Shown piece by piece: positions 47,065 to 57,221 of a stretch of 64,000 nucleotides of DNA. Location: contig JBPCLP010000035.1 of NCBI GenBank assembly GCA_051003195.1, forward strand, positions 1 through 64,000. The letters are read 5' to 3'. The notes under the pieces were generated by a model. That model did not search any database, was not told the origin of the DNA, and saw nothing but the letters and a program-made list of their open reading frames with translations. The DNA comes from Candidatus Sumerlaeaceae bacterium. Its GTDB lineage: Bacteria; Sumerlaeota; Sumerlaeia; Sumerlaeales; Sumerlaeaceae. Made by a program: the position numbers and the translations under genes. Numbering within the stretch: position 1 is the stretch's first letter; each line of letters starts with the position of its first letter.

Positions 47065-49284
47065 ATGACGGGATACATCATTTTTACAGTCGTGATGGTT
47101 GTAGCTGTTGCCGCACTGGTAATGGCATACCGACTGGCTGGATGGGTGCTTGCGCGCGACCTCGGCACTCCGGGCATGCAGAAAATTTCGGAGGCCATCA
47201 AAGCTGGCGCCGAAGCTTTCATGCGTCGAATGAACAGCACCATAGCCGCGCTCAGCGTGGTGGTTGCCGCTCTGATTTTCTGCGGCTATTACTTTCTCGA
47301 AAAAGACGCCGGGAAAGCGATGTCGATGACGGTATCGTTCGTCGCAGGCGCGCTGTGCTCCGGGTTTGCCGGCTACTTCGGCATGTTTATCTCCATCCGC
47401 TCGAACATTCGCACCGCAAGCGCAGCCCGCCGCAGCTTGAATGAGGCACTCCAGGTGGCATTGCGCGGCGGCGCTGTCAGCGGGCTGCTCGTTGTAGCAC
47501 TATCTCTCACTGGCGTGGGCCTTATGTTTGCCATTTTCGGCGGATTGAGGGGCCCCGAAATGATGAAGCTCGTGCCGCTCAACATCGTGGGCTTTGGATT
47601 TGGTGCCTCGTTCGTGGCGCTGTTTGCACAACTCGGAGGCGGTATTTACACGAAGGCCGCTGACGTGGGCGCGGACCTCGTCGGAAAGGTTGAAGCCGGA
47701 ATTCCTGAAGACGATCCACGCAATCCCGCAGTTATTGCCGACCTTGTCGGCGACAACGTAGGTGACTGCGCCGGCCGTGGAGCGGACCTGTTTGAGAGTA
47801 CCGCCGCGGAAAACATCGGCGCGATGATCCTTGGAATTGCGCTCGTTCCGGTTTTCGGCATTAAAGGAATTTTATTCCCGCTGTTTGCAGGCGCAATGGG
47901 TCTCATTGCCAGTACTGTCGGCATTTATTCCGTCCGGGTCAAGGGCCAGGAAGACCCAATGCAGTCCCTTAACCGCGGATATTTCGTGACTACTCTTCTC
48001 GCTCTCGTCGGGTTTTTTCTCGCGTGTGTACTTCTGCTGCGGACTCCCGGAAACAGCGGCTTCATGTGGTTTTTCGGATGCGGAGTCGTAGGTCTTCTCG
48101 CCAGCTTCCTGTTCGTCTGGATCACGCAGTACTATACCGAAACGAAGTATCGCCCGGTCCGTCAGATCGCGGATGCATGTCAGACCGGTCCTGCCACTAC
48201 TATCATCAGCGGATTGGCAGTTGGTATGGAATGCACGTTCATGCCGGTAATCGTCATCAGCGCCGCGATCCTTACCAGCTTCTATATGGGCATGCGTGCC
48301 TTGGCGCCGTTTTCCGCACTGCCAATCACAGATCCTGATTTTGTAGCTGCACACAGCGCAGGTTTGTATGGAACCGCCGTCGCCACCATGGGTATGCTGA
48401 GCACTGCTGGTTATATCCTGGCCATGGACACTTTCGGCCCGATTACCGACAACGCCGGTGGTATTGTTGAGATGGGCCTGAAAGAAGAAGCGCATGGGGA
48501 AATTCGTGATCGGACAGACCGGCTTGATGCGGTCGGCAATACGACCAAGGCGCTTACCAAAGGATACGCCGTAGGTAGCGCAGCGCTCGCCGCCTTCCTG
48601 CTGTTTTCAGCTTACCTGGACCAGGTCTGGCATTATGTCCAGATTCGTGGATTAAAGCTGCCCAATGGTATGCCCATGAAGATGGAAGACGTGATGAGCG
48701 TTAACATTGGCAAGCCCGCGGTTTTCGTCGGTGGACTTGTCGGTGCGATGCTCGTGTTTGTTTTCAGCGCGCTTGCCATGAAGGCTGTCAGCAAGGCCGC
48801 GCAAACGGTTATCAATGAGGTGCGGCGTCAGTTCCAGTCCGACCCCGGCATTATGGAAGGCACCTCCGAACCCGACTACGGCAAGTGCGTTGACATCGTC
48901 ACCAAAGGCGCCCTGAAAGCCATGATCTTACCGGGCATGCTACCGGTTCTCTTTCCGCTCTGTCTTGGTTTGATAGTTAAATATGCCTACCCTTCTGAGG
49001 CAATTATCGGAGCCGAAGCGGTGGCTGCGCTTCTGATGATTGCAACCGTGGCAGGCATTCTCATGGCGCTGTTCATGAACAACGGCGGCGGTGCGTGGGA
49101 CAATGCAAAGAAGTACATCGAAGAAGGCAATTACGGCGGCAAAGGCAGCTTTGCGCATAAAGCGGGCGTGGTAGGGGATACCGTAGGAGATCCGTTCAAG
49201 GATACGGCAGGTCCAAGCCTGCACGTGCTGATCAAACTGCTGAGCACCATCACACTTGTAATGGCCCCGCTGTTCATACGATAA
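47065..49284 (+). CDS. hppA: Membrane-bound pyrophosphatase, probably K+-independent H+-pumping
   Basis: GGGIYTKAADVGADLVGKVE, DNVGD, GDTVGDPFKDT; GNTTKA (Lys) signature of K+ independence. Confidence 0.93.
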   Translation: MTGYIIFTVVMVVAVAALVMAYRLAGWVLARDLGTPGMQKISEAIKAGAEAFMRRMNSTIAALSVVVAALIFCGYYFLEKDAGKAMSMTVSFVAGALCSGFAGYFGMFISIRSNIRTASAARRSLNEALQVALRGGAVSGLLVVALSLTGVGLMFAIFGGLRGPEMMKLVPLNIVGFGFGASFVALFAQLGGGIYTKAADVGADLVGKVEAGIPEDDPRNPAVIADLVGDNVGDCAGRGADLFESTAAENIGAMILGIALVPVFGIKGILFPLFAGAMGLIASTVGIYSVRVKGQEDPMQSLNRGYFVTTLLALVGFFLACVLLLRTPGNSGFMWFFGCGVVGLLASFLFVWITQYYTETKYRPVRQIADACQTGPATTIISGLAVGMECTFMPVIVISAAILTSFYMGMRALAPFSALPITDPDFVAAHSAGLYGTAVATMGMLSTAGYILAMDTFGPITDNAGGIVEMGLKEEAHGEIRDRTDRLDAVGNTTKALTKGYAVGSAALAAFLLFSAYLDQVWHYVQIRGLKLPNGMPMKMEDVMSVNIGKPAVFVGGLVGAMLVFVFSALAMKAVSKAAQTVINEVRRQFQSDPGIMEGTSEPDYGKCVDIVTKGALKAMILPGMLPVLFPLCLGLIVKYAYPSEAIIGAEAVAALLMIATVAGILMALFMNNGGGAWDNAKKYIEEGNYGGKGSFAHKAGVVGDTVGDPFKDTAGPSLHVLIKLLSTITLVMAPLFIR

Positions 49285-49302
49285 TCAGTATGCGACGTAC
49301 TA

Positions 49303-49396
49303 GTGTGCCGTCCCAGGAGTTCATAGCTCCACTTCAGGAAGCTTTTGAACTCGGACGGCACACAAAATCAGTGAACGAATTAATGAGACATCACGC
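49303..49396 (+). repeat. MITE-like repeat, copy 5
   Basis: Preceded by CTA; 18 nt after the hppA stop. Confidence 0.9.
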
Positions 49397-49495
49397 CATC
49401 GTTTGCGCGATCGTTTGCGGCAGCCGACGCTTTGTGTTGCCCCTGGACAAGTCGTGCCTGCCTGCTTGCGACAATAATGCAGGCGTTGCAGGGGC

Positions 49496-50728
49496 ATGAG
49501 TTTCGAGCGGTTTATAGCGCGCCGATACCTGTTCAGCGGCCAGCACAAGGCGCTGGTCTCGATGATTACCTTTATCTCGATCGCCGGCGTGGCGCTGGGT
49601 GTGCTTGCGTTGATTGTCGTTATTTCCGTTATGGAAGGTTTCGACCAGAACCTCCAGGAAAAGATTATCGGGGCAAATGCGCACATCGAAGTAGCGCGTT
49701 CTTACGCGGAGTCTCCGTACCTTACGAGTGGCGCGCTCGAACTGGTGCGCAAAATCCCTTCTGTAAAGGCTGCAGGCCCTGTTGTTGTGAGGCAGGCGTT
49801 GGTGCAGGTCCCGGGTGAAGGAAATCAGTCCCGCCAGACCGGTATCCTTATCCAGGGGCTCGACCTTGAAGTCGAGCCGCTGATTACCCGCATCACCGAC
49901 AACGTGACCTCAGGCGCGAAAAGTCCCGGGCCCTGGGATATTGTCATGGGCGAGCAGATCGCAAACCGGACGCTGTTCATTGCACCCGGGCAGAAGCTAC
50001 GGATGATTGCGCCGGTGTGGGCGGAGACGGAAATGGGGCAAACGCCTCTCTATCGAAACGTTCAGATGGTAGGCACGTTCAAAACAGGCTTTCCCGAGAC
50101 GGACGGCTTTCTGGCTTATGCGAGCATGGAAGCAGCGCGAAATATGTTCATGATTCCTGAAGGGCAATTCGACGGTCTACGAGCGACAGCGACGGATGTG
50201 GACCAGGTGCAGGAAGCGGCCGATGAAATCCAGAAGGCGCTCGGACCGATGTTCATGGTAACAACATGGAAGACCCGCAACGCGGGCTTGTTCCACGCGC
50301 TGCAGCTTGAAAAAGCAGCCATGTTTATTATACTGCTGCTTATCGTCGTGGTCGCCGCCTTTAACATCATTGGAACGCTCATTATGGTGGTGATGGAAAA
50401 GACCCGGGAGATCGGCATTCTCAAAAGCATGGGCGCGACAGACAATGCAATACTCCGAATTTTTATGAACCAGGGCCTGATCATCGGCGGCGTGGGGACC
50501 ACCCTTGGCGCAATTCTTGGCCTGATCATCTGCTGGGTGCTAAAATATAAGATAAAACTGCCGGATGTCAGCGCGGCCTATCTGAGCGACCATATCCCTG
50601 TTGTGGTGGAGCCGTGGATCGTGCTTCTGATCGTCGGAAGCGCGATGGCCATTGTTCTGATCGCATCCCTGTATCCAGCCCGTCAGGCATCCAAACTTAA
50701 TCCGGTCGAGGCGCTGCGCTATGAGTGA
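49496..50728 (+). CDS. Lipoprotein-releasing ABC permease (LolC/E family)
   Basis: FIARRYL, SVMEGF, AAFNII..EKTREIGILKSMGA, YPARQASKLNPVEALRYE. Confidence 0.92.
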   Translation: MSFERFIARRYLFSGQHKALVSMITFISIAGVALGVLALIVVISVMEGFDQNLQEKIIGANAHIEVARSYAESPYLTSGALELVRKIPSVKAAGPVVVRQALVQVPGEGNQSRQTGILIQGLDLEVEPLITRITDNVTSGAKSPGPWDIVMGEQIANRTLFIAPGQKLRMIAPVWAETEMGQTPLYRNVQMVGTFKTGFPETDGFLAYASMEAARNMFMIPEGQFDGLRATATDVDQVQEAADEIQKALGPMFMVTTWKTRNAGLFHALQLEKAAMFIILLLIVVVAAFNIIGTLIMVVMEKTREIGILKSMGATDNAILRIFMNQGLIIGGVGTTLGAILGLIICWVLKYKIKLPDVSAAYLSDHIPVVVEPWIVLLIVGSAMAIVLIASLYPARQASKLNPVEALRYE

Positions 50729-51410
50729 GGCAGGAGCAGCAGTGATGGAGTGCCGTGGTCTGCACAAGGCCTATAACGATGGAACTCGGAGCCTGCAGGT
50801 ACTGCGCGGCGCGGATCTCGACGTTCGGTCTGGAGAGATTATATCCATAGTCGGTGCCAGCGGTTCCGGCAAAAGTACACTGCTGCATTTGCTTGGAGTC
50901 TTAGACAGGCCAAGTGAGGGAAGGATCTCGCTCAAAGGCCGAGAACTTGCGGAACTTAGCTCTGCTGAGCTTGCGGAGATCCGCGCGCGCTCCATTGGCT
51001 TTATCTTCCAGTTTCACCATCTCCTGGCGGAGTTCACCGCTCTCGAAAATGTGATTATTCCTGGCCTCATGCTGAAGGGTGTTCCTGCACAATTGCGCGA
51101 AAAAGCGACACAACGGCTTACGGCGCTCGGCCTCGGAGATCGCCTTGAACATCGTCCCTCGAAGCTTTCCGGGGGCGAACAGCAGCGCGTGGCCCTCGCG
51201 CGTGCACTGGTGAATGAACCCGATGTCGTCCTTGCCGATGAGCCCACCGGTAACCTCGACACAGAAACCGCTGAAGTTGTCATCGATCTTCTGTGGCGCA
51301 ATGTGCGGGAAAACCGCAAATCACTCGTGATTGTTACGCATGAACCCGATATCGCAAAGCGCGCGGACCGCTGCCTGCGGCTCAGGGACGGCAAGTTGAT
51401 CCCGCAGTAG
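50721..51410 (+). CDS. lolD: Lipoprotein-releasing ABC ATPase
   Basis: GASGSGKST, FQFHHLL, LSGGEQQR, ADEPTGNLD; coupled to lolC/E. Confidence 0.88.
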   Translation: MSEAGAAVMECRGLHKAYNDGTRSLQVLRGADLDVRSGEIISIVGASGSGKSTLLHLLGVLDRPSEGRISLKGRELAELSSAELAEIRARSIGFIFQFHHLLAEFTALENVIIPGLMLKGVPAQLREKATQRLTALGLGDRLEHRPSKLSGGEQQRVALARALVNEPDVVLADEPTGNLDTETAEVVIDLLWRNVRENRKSLVIVTHEPDIAKRADRCLRLRDGKLIPQ

Positions 51411-51468
51411 TTTTGCAGGGCTTTTCAACGTTTGCGTTTGTCGCCGCATCGATTGTGCATCCTTACAA

Positions 51469-52947
51469 ATGAACGCGCAGCGCGCCAAAACGCTGGGAAT
51501 CTTTGCGGCGGTGTTGACTCTTTTCGCATGGGGATGGTGGAGCTTTGGCTTCCCGCCTCCGAAGCCTCTCATCAGCGAACCGGGATCGGACGAATCAACA
51601 CCCGGGACTTCCAACGGACGGATCGTCATCCGCGGCAACAACGCGGCCATGGAGAACGATGCCAAACGTCAGGCGGAGCAGGACCTGGGTAAGCGGCTGT
51701 TTGAGGAACGCTACCCGGATGCGATCATGGGGTTCAGCACCTGGCAGTTTTCTCCCGAAACATTCTTTGCCAAATCCATTGCCGGCACCTTGCCCGAAGT
51801 CATCGGAGTGTTTGCGACGGAAGCAGCGAATCTGCTGGACCGCCGCCTGTGTGCCGACATTACCGAGCAGGTGCAGGGCTGGGAACATGGTTCGCAGCTT
51901 AACATGAACCTGCTTCAGCCGATGATGCGTGACGGCCGTATTTACGGTCTGCCCACGATGCCCGGCTTTTATGTAATGCTGATGTTTTATAACAAGGATA
52001 TGTTCCGCGATGCGGGCATCGTGGACGAACGCGGCGAACCGGTTGCACCAGACACATGGGACGACTTCACTACTGTTGCGAAACGACTGACCGACCGCAC
52101 GAGGGGCATTGCAGGCTTCGGAATCCTGGGAGAAACGGGCGGGAATGGTTGGCACTTTCTTAACTGGGTGTGGCAGGCGGGCGGCGACTTTGAAAAGAAG
52201 CTCCCCGATGGCCGTTGGATTTCCGTGTTCCATGAGCCGCCCGCTGTCCAGGCGCTGCAATTCGTGAAAGACCTGCGCTGGAAACACGACGTGTTACAAC
52301 GTAACGTACTGGCTTCAAATGACGAGTTGTTCCAGCTTTTCGCGTCTGGGCGCATTGCGATGGCTATTTTCACAATGGAGTATCTGCAAAACCTTGTCGA
52401 TAAATACGAGATGCCGCTGCAACGCATTGGTATTGCGTTGCTGCCTGCCGGCCCCGGCGGTCGTGCGAACCAGATTGGCGGTGGCTTCGCGCTGATTAAT
52501 CCGCGGCTGACCGGCTTGCGCAAACAGCGCGCATTCGATATGCTTGTGCTGGACGCGGACCTGCAGGTGATCGACCAGAAGATGAAACTTCTGCACAGCC
52601 AGGGACGCAGAGTGGGGATTCCCGCGGTGCCAATCTTTAAGCCTGAGTACCAGGCGAAGTACGACGCGGTGATCGATAAATACAGGAACCTGCCAGCGCA
52701 ACGCGAGCTCATGGAGGCTGCGGCAAAAGCAGCGCGCTTCGAGCCTGCGCGCGAGAGCCAGACGCTATATCGCGACTACCTCGGACCTGCTGTTCAGGAT
52801 GTGCTGGTAAGTCGCAACGCTAATCCTGGAGCGCTGCTCGATTCCGCATCAAAAAGGTTCCAGGCACGCGTGCTGGACGCATTAAACCGGCAAGCAGCTC
52901 AGCCCGTTCAGCTCCAGCAGCCGTTATCACTCCAGGCGAAAAAATAA
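51469..52947 (+). CDS. Sugar-type ABC substrate-binding protein (family 1)
   Basis: DGRIYGLP, FYNKDMF, PDTWDD, FASGRIAM. Confidence 0.85.
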   Translation: MNAQRAKTLGIFAAVLTLFAWGWWSFGFPPPKPLISEPGSDESTPGTSNGRIVIRGNNAAMENDAKRQAEQDLGKRLFEERYPDAIMGFSTWQFSPETFFAKSIAGTLPEVIGVFATEAANLLDRRLCADITEQVQGWEHGSQLNMNLLQPMMRDGRIYGLPTMPGFYVMLMFYNKDMFRDAGIVDERGEPVAPDTWDDFTTVAKRLTDRTRGIAGFGILGETGGNGWHFLNWVWQAGGDFEKKLPDGRWISVFHEPPAVQALQFVKDLRWKHDVLQRNVLASNDELFQLFASGRIAMAIFTMEYLQNLVDKYEMPLQRIGIALLPAGPGGRANQIGGGFALINPRLTGLRKQRAFDMLVLDADLQVIDQKMKLLHSQGRRVGIPAVPIFKPEYQAKYDAVIDKYRNLPAQRELMEAAAKAARFEPARESQTLYRDYLGPAVQDVLVSRNANPGALLDSASKRFQARVLDALNRQAAQPVQLQQPLSLQAKK

Positions 52948-52973
52948 TTGGCTCCCGCAGGGCGGGAGCCAAT
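52947..52973. terminator. Hairpin between convergent genes (possibly bidirectional terminator)
   Basis: ATTGGCTCCCGC-AGG-GCGGGAGCCAAT, 12-bp perfect stem. Confidence 0.7.
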
Positions 52974-52996
52974 CACGTACGTTCAATTCTACCACA

Positions 52997-53143
52997 CTAG
53001 ATTGCCATCGTTCCGGTGGTCTCGGCCCCGCCCGGTGCCGGGGCCGGTGTGGTTATGTAAGGCTTAAGTCTTGGCCATGCAAAAAAGTAAATAAGTGCCA
53101 GGGCGGCGATGATCAGTACGGCGCCAACGACGTTTCGGTTCAT
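52997..53143 (-). CDS. 48-aa single-TM small protein, absent from the ORF track
   Basis: MNRNVVGAVLIIAALALIYFFAWPRLKPYITTPAPAPGGAETTGTMAI*; GGAGG upstream; hairpin downstream. Confidence 0.65.
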   Translation of the reverse strand: MNRNVVGAVLIIAALALIYFFAWPRLKPYITTPAPAPGGAETTGTMAI

Positions 53144-53386
53144 ACGAGCTGAAACCTCCGTGTTTCAAGTATTTCCCTCAAGTTAGGTTGCGAAGTAGTT
53201 TTGTAAAAACCGCATTTCAAGGTGCAATTCGTTCAGTCTGAGCACATCGCGGCCATCCAGGTGCCCGGGTTACTAAGCGTATTGACACACACTGCTGCCC
53301 GCCGATTATCCGCCCCCCGACACTAATGAATGGGGGTCGCGTGCGGTGAAGCAGGCGGCGCTTTTTGAAAGGGTTACCGGCGCAAA

Positions 53387-54259
53387 ATGAGCATACTTGT
53401 AGATCGCAATACGCGACTTGTGATTCAGGGCATTTCTGGTAACGAAGGCAAATTTCACGGCCAGCAGATGATCGCTTACGGAACGAAAGTCATGGGTGGC
53501 GTAGTGCCTGGCCGTGGTGGCGAAACCGTGCTCGATGTGCCCGTCTTTAACACCATGGTCGATGCTGTAAAAGCGACGGATGCCAATGCCAGTATCATCT
53601 ACGTACCCGCGAAGTTCGCCGCCGACGCCGCACTCGAATCCATAGATTCCGGAGTAAAGCTTGTCGTTATTATCACCGAAGGTATTCCCACGCTGCAGAT
53701 GGTAAAGGTGTATCACCATGCACGCCAGGTTGGTGTGCGCGTGGTCGGCCCAAATTGTCCCGGGCTTATCTCTCCCGGCAAAGCCAAGGTCGGCATCATG
53801 CCCGGACACATCCACAAAGAAGGCCGGATCGGCCTGATTTCGCGGTCGGGCACGCTCACCTACGAAATTGTGAAGGAGCTTACCGTCTACGGGCTTGGCC
53901 AATCGACCTGTATCGGCATTGGTGGCGACCCGATCATAGGCACGAGTTTCACCGATGCACTTGCCCTGTTCGAGGATGATCCTGAAACGGATGCAGTGGT
54001 GATGATTGGCGAGATTGGCGGCACAGACGAGGAAACGGCTGCCGAATTCGTCAAGAGCAGCATGAAGAAGCCGGTGGTGGGATTCATCGCCGGATTAACC
54101 GCGCCGCCGGGAAAGCGGATGGGCCATGCAGGCGCCATCATCTCCGGGGGCAAAGGAACCGCGAAGGAAAAAATCGCTGCTCTGAACGCTGCGAATATTC
54201 CAGTAGCGGAGCGGCCCGACCAGGTTCCCGGCCTGGTCAGGGAGAAGCTGAAGAAGTAG
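53387..54259 (+). CDS. sucD: Succinyl-CoA synthetase alpha subunit
   Basis: [34 protein letters not shown]. Confidence 0.96.
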   Translation: MSILVDRNTRLVIQGISGNEGKFHGQQMIAYGTKVMGGVVPGRGGETVLDVPVFNTMVDAVKATDANASIIYVPAKFAADAALESIDSGVKLVVIITEGIPTLQMVKVYHHARQVGVRVVGPNCPGLISPGKAKVGIMPGHIHKEGRIGLISRSGTLTYEIVKELTVYGLGQSTCIGIGGDPIIGTSFTDALALFEDDPETDAVVMIGEIGGTDEETAAEFVKSSMKKPVVGFIAGLTAPPGKRMGHAGAIISGGKGTAKEKIAALNAANIPVAERPDQVPGLVREKLKK

Positions 54260-54262
54260 CGA

Positions 54263-55246
54263 TCAGCCGAATACGGCATCCTCACCCGGCTGCGGAACCC
54301 ACAGTCGGCTGTAAGAATAGCCGGCTCTTTCCCACGCAATCCCCAGGCGTTTGGCAGGTTCATCTGCTGGTTCGTCGGTCAGTGGGAATGTATTATGGTG
54401 CACAGCCATGAAGGTCTGCGCGTGCAAATCGCGGTAGGCCTGCACCGCTTCCTCCGGGCTTTGATGCGCGACCTTCATGAACCAGCGGGGCTCGTAAGCG
54501 CCAATGGGAAGCGCGGCGACCTCCACCGCCCCAAACCGCTCGCCAATTTCACGATAGCCGGGAAAGTAGCCGCTGTCACCGGAAAAATAAAACGATCGCG
54601 CGGCGCACTCCAGCCGGTACCCACACCACAAAGAACGGTTTAAGTCGCCAATGCCGCGTTTGCTCCAGTGCTGTGCGGGTGTCGCGGTCACTCGAATCCC
54701 GGCAATATCCGTGGTTTCCCACCAGTCGAGCTGCTCGATGCACTTTGCGCCTTTCGCAGCAAACCACCTACCGAGTCGCAGCGGCACAATAAAACGCTGG
54801 GCGCCGGCGGTGGCGCTGAGTATCTTCCGGATCGTCGTCAAGTCAAGATGGTCGTAGTGGTTGTGGCTGATCAGTACAGCATCCACTGGTAGCACCTGCT
54901 CCAGCGGCAGTCCCGGCGGATGATATCGCCTGGGGCCCAGCCACGTCACCGGCGAACACCTGTCGCCAAACACCGGATCAATCAAAACACGTCTCCCACT
55001 GCCGAATTCTACGAGCACCGCGCTGTGTCCGATCCAGAACACACGCATGCTATCAGGCGAAATGGAACGTCGCGGGTAGTGGCGTGCTTGAAGCGATGAT
55101 GGCCGCACACCCTGCCGACTGCGCGTAAGCATCCAGCGCAGCACATCCAATGGGGGGCGGGGGCCTGCCGCTGGGTCAAGATTGCGGAAACCATTTGCCG
55201 TATGGTGAGGAGGGAGCATCCAAGAACAGAATTTGCTTGGCTGCAT
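54263..55246 (-). CDS. MBL-fold metallohydrolase (NAPE-PLD/RomA-like)
   Basis: WIGHS, ISHNHYDHLD, PAQHWS, YFSGDSG, PIGAYEPRWFM. Confidence 0.9.
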   Translation of the reverse strand: MQPSKFCSWMLPPHHTANGFRNLDPAAGPRPPLDVLRWMLTRSRQGVRPSSLQARHYPRRSISPDSMRVFWIGHSAVLVEFGSGRRVLIDPVFGDRCSPVTWLGPRRYHPPGLPLEQVLPVDAVLISHNHYDHLDLTTIRKILSATAGAQRFIVPLRLGRWFAAKGAKCIEQLDWWETTDIAGIRVTATPAQHWSKRGIGDLNRSLWCGYRLECAARSFYFSGDSGYFPGYREIGERFGAVEVAALPIGAYEPRWFMKVAHQSPEEAVQAYRDLHAQTFMAVHHNTFPLTDEPADEPAKRLGIAWERAGYSYSRLWVPQPGEDAVFG

Positions 55247-55301
55247 CTGCCATGCAAACCCGTAATCACCATCAATTCAGACTGCACACGGGACGAACTC
55301 T

Positions 55302-57206
55302 ATGACGACTGAACCCATGTATCTCCGCCGGCTGCTGGCGTTTCCACTGTTGTCAGTGCTCGCGCTCACAGTACTTGTCGGCTGTGCGCCGAAAGTCGAT
55401 GAAGACGCGTCACGCACGAATACGAAGGCTGGCGCGGGAGCGGCGGACGAATCCACTACTGGAACCGGCGCCGCTACCACAGATACCACCCTGACTATCG
55501 AGCACCGCGCCGGTCCGGCTCCGTTCAAGTTGCCCTTCCCGGACGCTCTCGCGGCCGAAGACATCAAGCCGGGCAAGCGCGGCGGAAACTTTACATTCGG
55601 CTACTTTGGTGAAGGACCCAAGACGTTTAATCCCATTACCGGGAATGACAGTGCTTCGGGCGACCTCGGCCTGATGATGTTCTCCTCTCTGATTAATCTG
55701 GATTACCAGACCCAGAAGTTCTCCCCGGGATTACTTAAGGAATGGTATATGGAAGATAACAAGGCGCACTGGATCTTGAAGTTGCGCGAGGGGATCAAAT
55801 GGTCGGACGGCCATCCGATCACCGCCGACGACATCCTGTTTACCATCCAGGTAATTTACGATCCCAAGATCCTGAATGCACTGCGCGATATCCTGCAGAT
55901 GGACGGCAAACCAGTGGAATTTGAAAAAGTAGACGCACTCACGGTTCGTGCGAAACTTCCTCGTCCCAGCGCGTCTTTCCAGGCGATGCTCCCCTTCCAG
56001 ATTGTTCCCAAACATGCCTATGAAGAGGCTTATAAGGCCGGGACATTCGCGACCATGATGAACACGGACAGCGACCCGGCGAAGTTTGTGTGCAGTGGCC
56101 CGTTTAAGCTGAAGCAGTATTTCCCGGGTGAGCGCGTGGTGATGGAGCGCAACCCGCACTACTTCCGCTACGACAGCAATGGCACGCAGCTACCCTATCT
56201 GGATACCATGATTATTAGTTATGCGCCTAACATGGATCAGATGCTCTTACGCTTCAAGGGTGGGGAAGTGGACGGGATCACACGTCCGTCGCAGCCGAGC
56301 CTGCCGGATCTGCAGGACAACGCAGCCAAGGGCAACTATACGGTTCATGATGCCGGCCCCGGCACCGCAAGCGACCTGCTGTGGTTTAACCTGAAAGAAG
56401 GTACCAATCCCAAAAGCGGGAACCCGTATGTTGCTCCATGGAAGAGCGTCATTTTTCGGGATGTGCGTTTCCGCCGAGCCATGCTGCATTCCATAGACCG
56501 CGAAAGCATTATTCGCACTGAATTGCGTGGTCAGGCGGAGCTTGGGAAAACATGCGACTCCTCTGCCAATAAGCTCTGGTTCAAGCGCGATGTGCCTGTT
56601 TACGACTATAATCCGGGCAAGGCGAAGGCATTGCTCGAGGAAATGAATCTCAAGGATCGGGACGGCGACGGTATCCGTGAAGACGCCCAAGGCAACAAAG
56701 TCTCCTTCACAATCATTACCAACAAGGGAAACCAGCGCCGCGAACGCTTTGCGCCTCTACTCACGCAGGATATGCGCCAGGTCGGAATTGAGGCCCGCAC
56801 CGATTTTATGGACTTCAACGCGCTGCTTTCGCTGACGGATGAAAGCTACGAGTACGAAGGCTGCATTCTCGGCCTTGCGGGCGGGTCAACACATCCCGCT
56901 AATAAAATGAACACATTTCTAAGCACCGCACGGACGAACCTTTATAATCCCCGCCAGGAAAAACCGGCGACCGACTGGGGTGCTGAGGTCGACAAGCTGT
57001 GTGCCGAGTTCAATTCGACGCTGGATCCCGGATTCCAGTTAAAGGCGTATCACCGGATTCAGGAGATCCACGCACAACAACTGCCCACTCTGCCCCTGTG
57101 GTACCCCAAGGTGTTCGTCGCCTGTTCCAATAAATACGAGAACATCAAACCGGCCGCCACCACGCCGGAACTGATCTGGAACGCCGAAGAGTTCTTTGTT
57201 AAATAG
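55302..57206 (+). CDS. Peptide ABC transporter substrate-binding lipoprotein
   Basis: Lipobox LVGC, PKTFNP, KWSDGHPITADD, SGPFKL. Confidence 0.9.
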   Translation: MTTEPMYLRRLLAFPLLSVLALTVLVGCAPKVDEDASRTNTKAGAGAADESTTGTGAATTDTTLTIEHRAGPAPFKLPFPDALAAEDIKPGKRGGNFTFGYFGEGPKTFNPITGNDSASGDLGLMMFSSLINLDYQTQKFSPGLLKEWYMEDNKAHWILKLREGIKWSDGHPITADDILFTIQVIYDPKILNALRDILQMDGKPVEFEKVDALTVRAKLPRPSASFQAMLPFQIVPKHAYEEAYKAGTFATMMNTDSDPAKFVCSGPFKLKQYFPGERVVMERNPHYFRYDSNGTQLPYLDTMIISYAPNMDQMLLRFKGGEVDGITRPSQPSLPDLQDNAAKGNYTVHDAGPGTASDLLWFNLKEGTNPKSGNPYVAPWKSVIFRDVRFRRAMLHSIDRESIIRTELRGQAELGKTCDSSANKLWFKRDVPVYDYNPGKAKALLEEMNLKDRDGDGIREDAQGNKVSFTIITNKGNQRRERFAPLLTQDMRQVGIEARTDFMDFNALLSLTDESYEYEGCILGLAGGSTHPANKMNTFLSTARTNLYNPRQEKPATDWGAEVDKLCAEFNSTLDPGFQLKAYHRIQEIHAQQLPTLPLWYPKVFVACSNKYENIKPAATTPELIWNAEEFFVK

Positions 57207-57221
57207 GGGACGCCGGCAGTA

